DNA of 64,000 nt from an uncultured bacterium (lineage in GTDB: Bacteria; Planctomycetota; Planctomycetia; Pirellulales; PALSA-1355). The notes under the pieces were generated by a model. The model saw only the letters and a list, made by a program, of their open reading frames with translations, searched no databases and had not been told where the DNA came from. Below are positions 57,867-64,000 of the stretch, in pieces (position 1 is the first letter of the stretch; every line of letters starts with the position of its first letter). Where the stretch lies: positions 64,963-128,962 of the forward strand of contig CALJUG010000037.1 in the NCBI GenBank assembly GCA_937975685.1, given 5' to 3'. The position numbers were made by a program, and so were the translations under genes.

Positions 57867-59195
57867 ATGATGCACGAATCCAATCGCCGGCAGTTTCTCG
57901 GAAGATCGGCCCAGGCCGCGGCGCTCGGCGCCGCCACCGCAGCGCTGGGCGGCGTGCACGCCTACGGCAAGGAAAGCGACGAGACGGTGCGCCTGGCCAT
58001 CATCGGCTGCGGCGGCATCATGGGCATGCACGTCAAGGGCCTGGTCGATCGCCAGGAGAATGTCTCCTTCGCCTGGCTGTGCGACGTCGATCCGCGGCAG
58101 TTGGACAAGATGGCCCGCAACGTCTCGGGCTTTGGCTCCGCGCCGCCGAAGCAGACCTCGCGCTACGAAGACGTGATCGCCGACGATGGGGTCGATGCCT
58201 GCATCATCGCCACGCCGCACCATTGGCACGCGCCGATCGCCATCGCCGCGATGCAGCACGGCAAGGACGTGTACATCGAAAAGCCCATCTCCCACGTCTA
58301 CGCCGAGGGGCCGCTGGTGATCGAAGCGGCCAAGAAGTATGGCCGGGTGGTACAGCAGGGCAGCCAGATGCGCTCAAGCCCCGTGACCAAGAAGGCCGAG
58401 AAGCTGCTGGCAGACGGCATCATCGGCGAGGTGAAGGTGGCCCGGGCCTGGACGGCCGAATTGCGCAGCCAGGCGAAGGCGCTTCCCGACGGCCAGCCGC
58501 CCGAGGGCGTCGACTACGACCGCTGGCTGGGCCCGGCGCCAAAGCACCCCTTCAACCCGCACCGCTTTCACAGCACGTGGCGAATGTTTCGCGACTACGG
58601 CAACGGCGAGATCGGCGACGACGGGATCCACGATCTCGACATGGCCACCTGGGGTTTGGGCATCGACACGCTGCCCACGCAGATCACGGCCCGCGGCGGG
58701 CGGATGATGCTGCACGACCACGCCAGCGAGTACCCCGACAACGTGAACGTGGCCTACGAGTATCCCGACGGCCGGCTGCTGATCTACGAGAACTATCCGT
58801 TCACCGAGTACGGCATGCACGGCTACGACAACGGCAACGTGTTCTACGGCACCGAGGGCTACATGGTCTTCTCGCGCCGCGGGGCGTTCAACGTCTATCT
58901 CGGCCGCAAGGCCAAGCCCGGCCCAACCGAGGGCAAGGAGATTCGCACGCGGCGCGGCTACGAAGAGCACATGGCCGAGTTTCTCGACGCGGTGCGCAAG
59001 CGCACGCCGACCAGCGCGCGGCCCGAGGTGGCGCACCGCAGTTGCGCGCTGGTGCACCTGGGCGAGATCGCGCAGTTGACGCGCGGCCGGCTCGAGTTCG
59101 ATGCGGCGAAAGAGCAATTCGTCGGTTGCCCCGAGGCCGACGCGCTGCTGAACAAGACCTACCGCTCGCCGTACGTGATGCCCGAGCTCGGCTGA
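57867..59195 (+). CDS. Gfo/Idh/MocA-family oxidoreductase with a Tat-type signal
   Basis: 'NRRQFLGRSAQAAALGAATAALG', then 'RLAIIGCGGIMGMHV' and 'EKPISHV'. Confidence 0.75.
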   Translation: MMHESNRRQFLGRSAQAAALGAATAALGGVHAYGKESDETVRLAIIGCGGIMGMHVKGLVDRQENVSFAWLCDVDPRQLDKMARNVSGFGSAPPKQTSRYEDVIADDGVDACIIATPHHWHAPIAIAAMQHGKDVYIEKPISHVYAEGPLVIEAAKKYGRVVQQGSQMRSSPVTKKAEKLLADGIIGEVKVARAWTAELRSQAKALPDGQPPEGVDYDRWLGPAPKHPFNPHRFHSTWRMFRDYGNGEIGDDGIHDLDMATWGLGIDTLPTQITARGGRMMLHDHASEYPDNVNVAYEYPDGRLLIYENYPFTEYGMHGYDNGNVFYGTEGYMVFSRRGAFNVYLGRKAKPGPTEGKEIRTRRGYEEHMAEFLDAVRKRTPTSARPEVAHRSCALVHLGEIAQLTRGRLEFDAAKEQFVGCPEADALLNKTYRSPYVMPELG

Positions 59196-59442
59196 ATCGC
59201 GCTCTCCCCGCGCGACCTCGCAAAACCGGCACGGCCGTTAAGGGCGGCCCCCTTCTCGAGAGCCGGCTCACGCGCTCGCTATAACCTGCGCCCGCAAGGG
59301 TGTTTGCGGCAGCGTGCGCGTGCCAAGTTGTTTGACACTGCCCGTTTTGTGCCCGATCATACCGATGGATTTTCGTCAAGCTTGGGCGGTCGTGGACGAA
59401 TAAGGGGTGGAAGTGACGTTGTCGTAATTCGGAGGGCTAGCC

Positions 59443-60090
59443 ATGGAAACGTTGTATCTGTTTTCGGCCATTTTCGCGGCAACGTTCTTGGTGGCCCAGT
59501 TCCTGCTCGGCTTGGGCAGTGACTTCGATCACGACGACGGCGGGATGGACGCCGACGGCGACGTGCACGACCTCGACGACGGCGATCATCCGGCCCACGA
59601 GCCTCGCGAGAGTGCCGGCCACGAACACGACGCCCCGGCCGGGCACTCCAACTCGACCTGGGTCTTCGGCGTGCTCACGCTCCGCACGGTGTTGATCGGG
59701 CTGATGTTCTTCGGACTCACCGGCAAGGCCGCTTCGGTCTCCGGGTTTCCGCAGCCGCAGCCGCTGTTGATCGCCGCGGGATGCGGTTTGGCCGCCATGT
59801 ACGGCGTGTATTTCACAATGCGCGGGTTGTACCGCCTCACCGCCGACGGCACCGAGCGAATCGGCCGCTCGATCGGGGAGGAAGGTATGGTTTACCTGAC
59901 CATTCCCGCAGCCAACGGCGGCGTCGGCAAGGTACACGTACCGGTGCAGAATCGCACGGTCGAGTACGAAGCGATGACCGCGGGCGATACGCTGCCCACC
60001 GGCACGCGAATCATCGTGGTGAGTGTGTTGGGTTCCGATCGCGTGGAAGTTGAACCGGCCGTGGAGCCAGCAAGGAAATCAAATGTTTAG
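59443..60090 (+). CDS. NfeD-like membrane protein (flotillin operon partner)
   Basis: N-terminal TM, an acidic His/Asp-rich segment, more TM, and a C-terminal OB-fold-like region 'GMVYLTIPAANGGVGKVHVPVQNRTVEYEA...RIIVVSV'. It overlaps the flotillin start by 8 nt. Confidence 0.6.
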   Translation: METLYLFSAIFAATFLVAQFLLGLGSDFDHDDGGMDADGDVHDLDDGDHPAHEPRESAGHEHDAPAGHSNSTWVFGVLTLRTVLIGLMFFGLTGKAASVSGFPQPQPLLIAAGCGLAAMYGVYFTMRGLYRLTADGTERIGRSIGEEGMVYLTIPAANGGVGKVHVPVQNRTVEYEAMTAGDTLPTGTRIIVVSVLGSDRVEVEPAVEPARKSNV

Positions 60091-61732
60091 CCTCTTCGCA
60101 GCACTACCGGATACCATGTCTGAGGGCTGGATGTGGTGGGCCCTGGCGGTCATCGCCCTGGCGTTTGTCGCCGTGATTATCGTGCGGTTTCTCACCACGC
60201 GCTACAAGCGCTGCCCGAGCAACCGCGTGCTGGTGATCTACGGCCGCGTGGGCGGCGGCAACACCGCCCGCTGCGTGCACGGCGGTGCCAAGTTCGTGTG
60301 GCCGTTGTTCCAGGACTACAGCTACCTGAGCCTGGAGCCGATTCAGATCGAAATCCCGCTGCGCGGCGCGCTGTCGATCGAGAACATCCGCGTGAACGTG
60401 CCCAGCGTGTTCACCGTGGCCATCGGCACCAGCCCCGACGTGATGCAGAACGCGGCGATCCGCCTGCTGGGGCTGAACTTCACCGAGATTCGCCAGCAGG
60501 CCGAGGAAATCATTTTCGGCCAGTTGCGCCAGGTGATCGCCTCGATGCAGATCGAGGACATTAACCGCGACCGCGATACGTTCCTCGAGCACATTCAAAA
60601 ATCGCTCGAGCCGGAACTCAAGAAGATCGGCCTGGTGCTGATCAACGTCAACATCACCGACATCACCGATGAGTCGGGCTACATCGACGCCATCGGTCAG
60701 AAGGCCGCCAGCCAGGCCATTCAGCAGGCCCGCGGCGACGTGGCCGACGAAGAGAAGCAGGGCGAGACGCGCGTCGCCGAAGCCGAGCGCGATCGCGTGA
60801 TCCAGGTGGCCAACGCCAACAAGCTGCGCGACATCGGTACCCGCGAGGCGCAGCGCGAGCAGGCGGTGCGCCTGGCCGAGCTGGACAAAGAGCAGAACAT
60901 CGGCGAGAAGACCGCCAGCTTCCAGCGCGACGCCACGATCAAGGATCAAGAGCAGAAGATGCGTATCGCCCTGGCCGACGCCGAGGCGAAAGCCATCGAA
61001 GGCGAAAACCAGGCCCAGGCCGTGGTGGCCGCCTCGAACGCGCAGTTGCTGGTGAAAAAGGCCGAAGCCTACGAGATCGGCGAAAAGCGAAAGCGCGAAG
61101 CCGAAGCCGCGGTGCTCGAAACGCAGAACCTGGCCATGGCCAAGGCTGCCCTGGCCGAAGCGCAGCGCCGCGAAGCCGAGCAACGGGCCGAGCTGGAAGC
61201 TCCGGCCAAGGCCCAGAAGGCCCGCACCATCGTCGAAGCCGAAGCCGAGGCCGAAAAGCGCCGCGTCGAGGCCGAAGGCGAAGCGGCGGCCATCTTTGCC
61301 CGGCTCGATGCCGAGGCCCGCGGTAACTACGAAATCCTGGCCAAAAAGGGCGAAGGCTTGCAGCGCATCATCGACGCCTGCGGCGGTTCGCAACAGGCTT
61401 TCCAACTGTTGATGCTCGAGCACCTGGACAACCTGGCCGAAGCTTCGGCCAAGGCCATCTCGAACATCAAGTTCGACAAGGTCATCGTCTGGGAGAACGG
61501 CGGACAAAACGGCAAGAGCAACACGGCCAGCTTCCTGCAGAACATGGCCAGCACGCTGCCGCCGATGATGAACGTGTTCAAGGATATCGGCGGAGTCGAG
61601 TTCCCCGAATCGTTGATCAAGTTCGCCAGTACGGAAATTCCCGCCAGCGATGGCAACACGACCCACAACGGCTCGGGCGAACCCGTGCCCAGCGGCCCGC
61701 CGGAAGCCGGCTCCCGGCCGCCTCGTGCTTAA
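60083..61732 (+). CDS. floT: Flotillin (SPFH/band-7 domain, FloT/YuaG-like) with a long Ala/Glu-rich coiled-coil
   Basis: N-terminal TM 'WMWWALAVIALAFVAVIIV', then SPFH-domain motifs 'YKRCPSNRVLVIYGR', 'QIEIPLRGALSIENIRVNVPSVFTV'. An EA-repeat coiled coil ('AEAERDRVIQVANANK...') follows. Confidence 0.85.
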   Translation: MFSLFAALPDTMSEGWMWWALAVIALAFVAVIIVRFLTTRYKRCPSNRVLVIYGRVGGGNTARCVHGGAKFVWPLFQDYSYLSLEPIQIEIPLRGALSIENIRVNVPSVFTVAIGTSPDVMQNAAIRLLGLNFTEIRQQAEEIIFGQLRQVIASMQIEDINRDRDTFLEHIQKSLEPELKKIGLVLINVNITDITDESGYIDAIGQKAASQAIQQARGDVADEEKQGETRVAEAERDRVIQVANANKLRDIGTREAQREQAVRLAELDKEQNIGEKTASFQRDATIKDQEQKMRIALADAEAKAIEGENQAQAVVAASNAQLLVKKAEAYEIGEKRKREAEAAVLETQNLAMAKAALAEAQRREAEQRAELEAPAKAQKARTIVEAEAEAEKRRVEAEGEAAAIFARLDAEARGNYEILAKKGEGLQRIIDACGGSQQAFQLLMLEHLDNLAEASAKAISNIKFDKVIVWENGGQNGKSNTASFLQNMASTLPPMMNVFKDIGGVEFPESLIKFASTEIPASDGNTTHNGSGEPVPSGPPEAGSRPPRA

Positions 61733-61866
61733 GCCGTTCGAGCGTCTCGTCGGATCAAAGCTCGCTCGGGGACATGGCGACTACTTCTTGTAGCCCTCCA
61801 TGTCCTCGGGTCGCAGCAGTATCACGGGGTGAATTCGAATGCATGTGCCGCGGCGACGGCACGCTT

Positions 61867-62775
61867 TCAGCTCAGAATCTCGTGCAGGTGGAAGTGGAAC
61901 TTGCCGAGCTTGCCGCCGTAGTTGCCGGCCGTGATGGCCAGCACGTCCTTGCCCGCGGCGGCGCGAATGCCCTCGGTCATGGCGTGGGCCACGGCGGCTT
62001 CGTCCAGGCCGTCGATCACGATTTCGTAAGCGGCGTTGGCGCCCTCGGCGAGCTTCGTTTGCACGCGTCCGCGCAGCGTGGGGCAATACTCGTCGGCCGT
62101 CGACGCCTTGAGTTTCTTGTAGCGCGAGCCGACCTTGCTGCCGCTGCGGGCCACGCCGCCGGGAAACGGCGTGATCACCGAAGGTAACGGATTGATCGCC
62201 TCGATGGCCCGCCGCGCGGCCGCCAGCGCCGCGACGGCGCTGGTGCCCTGCACGATGAAGTTGCCGCCCCCCACGCCCTTGGCGACGTGTGCCGTATGTT
62301 CCACGACGAACTCGCCGTCCATCACCGGCACGCGCCAGTAGCGGCGCCCGGCGATGAGCTTGCTTTTCTGAAAGCCGTCGCCGAAGTAGCGGATGGTCTT
62401 GCCCAACGGGATGCGCTGCTCGCCCTCGGACAGCCCATCGTAGACGGCCGTCGTGGGGCAGGTCATCAGGCACTGCCCGACGCGATTCGGCACGACTTCG
62501 GCCAGCGCGTCGGCCGAGAAGCCGAACACCAGCAGCGCGACCCCCTTGCGCCCATCCGGTGTCTCGCGCGGTGCGAGCGGACGCTCCAGGCCGGCTTCGC
62601 TGTCGCAGGAGATGATCGAAGAGCTATAGCCGGCAAACTCGCGCACCGCGGCGTCGAGCCAAAAGTCGTCGTGCGCCGTGACCACAAGGCGCGCGACGCG
62701 CATGCGAAAGGCCTCGGCGAACGTGTCTTCGATTTGCGTGCCTGCGATTTCCACGCCGGTTCTCGCGTCGTTCAT
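61867..62775 (-). CDS. ftr: Formylmethanofuran--tetrahydromethanopterin N-formyltransferase (Ftr/FhcD)
   Basis: Full-length similarity to Ftr ('FAEAFRMRVARLVVTA', 'GKTIRYFGDGFQ', 'VIDGLDEAAVAHAMTEGIRAAAG'). Confidence 0.8.
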   Translation of the reverse strand: MNDARTGVEIAGTQIEDTFAEAFRMRVARLVVTAHDDFWLDAAVREFAGYSSSIISCDSEAGLERPLAPRETPDGRKGVALLVFGFSADALAEVVPNRVGQCLMTCPTTAVYDGLSEGEQRIPLGKTIRYFGDGFQKSKLIAGRRYWRVPVMDGEFVVEHTAHVAKGVGGGNFIVQGTSAVAALAAARRAIEAINPLPSVITPFPGGVARSGSKVGSRYKKLKASTADEYCPTLRGRVQTKLAEGANAAYEIVIDGLDEAAVAHAMTEGIRAAAGKDVLAITAGNYGGKLGKFHFHLHEILS

Positions 62776-62985
62776 TGGCTGCTGCGCAGGTGTCTGCCGG
62801 TGCCAGCACGCCCATCATGATCGTGCGAGCCGCACCTGCCAAGAGCGACCCCGCGCACCCCTGAAAGCGTGGATGGCCCGCGGCACGCAACTCGCCGCAA
62901 CGCGCAAGTTGCTTGCAACTCGGAGGGCCTTTTACGATACTCAAGGGGTTTCGCGTGCGGGCCTTTCCTTGCAAGGAGCAGATTC

Positions 62986-63900
62986 ATGCACATCCCCAAC
63001 GGCTTTCTGACGGATCCTGTTTGCACCGCCACGACGCTGGCCTCGGCCGGCGCGATCGGCTACGGCTTTGCCCGGATCCGCGAGGCTGAGGGCTCGCGCG
63101 GCGCCGCCTGGATGGCTGCCACGGGTGCGGGAATCTTCGCCGCGCAGATGGTTAACTTTCCCGTCAGCGGCGGCACGTCGGGCCACGTGATCGGCGCGGC
63201 GCTGGCCGCGATTGTGTTGGGGCCCTGGCGCGGCATGCTGACGATGGCCGTTGTGCTGGCCGTGCAGTGCCTGGCCTTCGGCGACGGCGGCTTCGGTGTC
63301 TTGGGCGCCAATCTGCTCAATATGGCCGTGGTGTCCACGTTGGTCGCCTCGGGCATCTATACGCTGACGACCGGTCGCGTTGCTGGCACCACCGGTAAGC
63401 TGCTGGGTGCGGCGCTGGCTTCCGCCGGTTCGGTGATGGCCGCCGCCACGCTGTGTGCGATCGAGTTGGCTGCCAGCGGAACGTATGCCTTCGCCGAAGT
63501 GCTTTCCGCGATGCTCAGCATTCACCTGCTAATCGCGCTGTGCGAGGCCGTGATTACCACTACCGTGCTCGCCGCGGGATTGGCCATCGCCGCCGAGAAC
63601 AAGACGTTTTCGCCGCGCAGCGTGGCGATCGGCGGCTTGGCGTTGGCCGTGGCGGTCGCCGGTTTGCTCGCACCTTTGGCTTCGAGCTCGCCCGATGGGT
63701 TGGAGCGCGTGGCGGTCGACCTGCAGTTCGCCGGCCTGGCCAACCAGACCTATGCGGCCGTGGCACCCGACTACGAGTTACCCGGCATCGCCTGGCCGAT
63801 GGCCGCCGTGGCACTGGCCGGCATTGGCGGCGTGCTGCTGGTCTTCGCCTCCAACTACCTCGTCGCCCGCACGGCGAAGGTGCGCGTGCGAAAGCGATAG
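62986..63900 (+). CDS. cbiM: ECF-transporter substrate-specific component CbiM/NikM fused to a C-terminal PDGLE-like domain
   Basis: The start was moved to ATG, with the classic 'MHIPNGFL' (MHIPDGFL) CbiM N-terminus. 'SSPDGLERVA' marks the PDGLE domain, followed by a final TM. Confidence 0.7.
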   Translation: MHIPNGFLTDPVCTATTLASAGAIGYGFARIREAEGSRGAAWMAATGAGIFAAQMVNFPVSGGTSGHVIGAALAAIVLGPWRGMLTMAVVLAVQCLAFGDGGFGVLGANLLNMAVVSTLVASGIYTLTTGRVAGTTGKLLGAALASAGSVMAAATLCAIELAASGTYAFAEVLSAMLSIHLLIALCEAVITTTVLAAGLAIAAENKTFSPRSVAIGGLALAVAVAGLLAPLASSSPDGLERVAVDLQFAGLANQTYAAVAPDYELPGIAWPMAAVALAGIGGVLLVFASNYLVARTAKVRVRKR

Positions 63901-64000
63901 GGCGATCATCGAAGTCGTTCTCTTGTCACACCAGCCCGAAGCGCGACAGCGTTATGCAAGTGCTAGCAGGTCTGGAAAGAAAGGAGTTCGCGTTCCACCT

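Overview
This 64 kb window is a high-GC (about 65-68%) chromosomal segment with Planctomycetota-like gene content: DUF1501, DUF1080 and TIGR03000 proteins, an H4MPT-type formyltransferase and many Gfo/Idh/MocA oxidoreductases. Most of it is core metabolism and regulation. Identifiable genes include argS, hisS, a livFGMHJ branched-chain amino-acid ABC transporter, tex, panC, ald, lgt, a FixL/FixJ-like two-component pair, an ECF sigma/anti-sigma pair, and a NfeD-flotillin operon. I see no rRNA, no convincing tRNA, no CRISPR array and no integrase or transposase. All long ORFs antisense to these genes look like GC-frame artefacts. Several items are worth a second look: (1) unusual gene fusions, namely uroporphyrinogen-III synthase fused to uroporphyrinogen decarboxylase (HemD-HemE), FolK fused to a P-loop kinase next to panC, Lgt with a PDZ insertion, CbiM fused to a PDGLE domain, and LivG carrying a roughly 190-aa insertion that is predicted to span the membrane; (2) a sigma-54 activator that lacks any sensory domain, sitting upstream of about 840 bp of non-coding DNA, an atypical receiver-like protein and a tiny basic protein; (3) a roughly 450-bp low-GC, hairpin-rich convergent intergenic region (21.7-22.2 kb) that may encode a structured RNA; (4) a Lys/Ala/Pro-rich protein with three tandem repeats of the motif (K)MSTADILAAARA, encoded next to a YprB-like RNase-H-fold exonuclease and a possible FlgM; (5) a ParDE-like toxin/antitoxin pair, a PD-(D/E)xK-like nuclease, and several well-formed promoters and terminators. 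Coordinates follow the supplied ORF track. Positions I counted by hand may be off by 1 nt.
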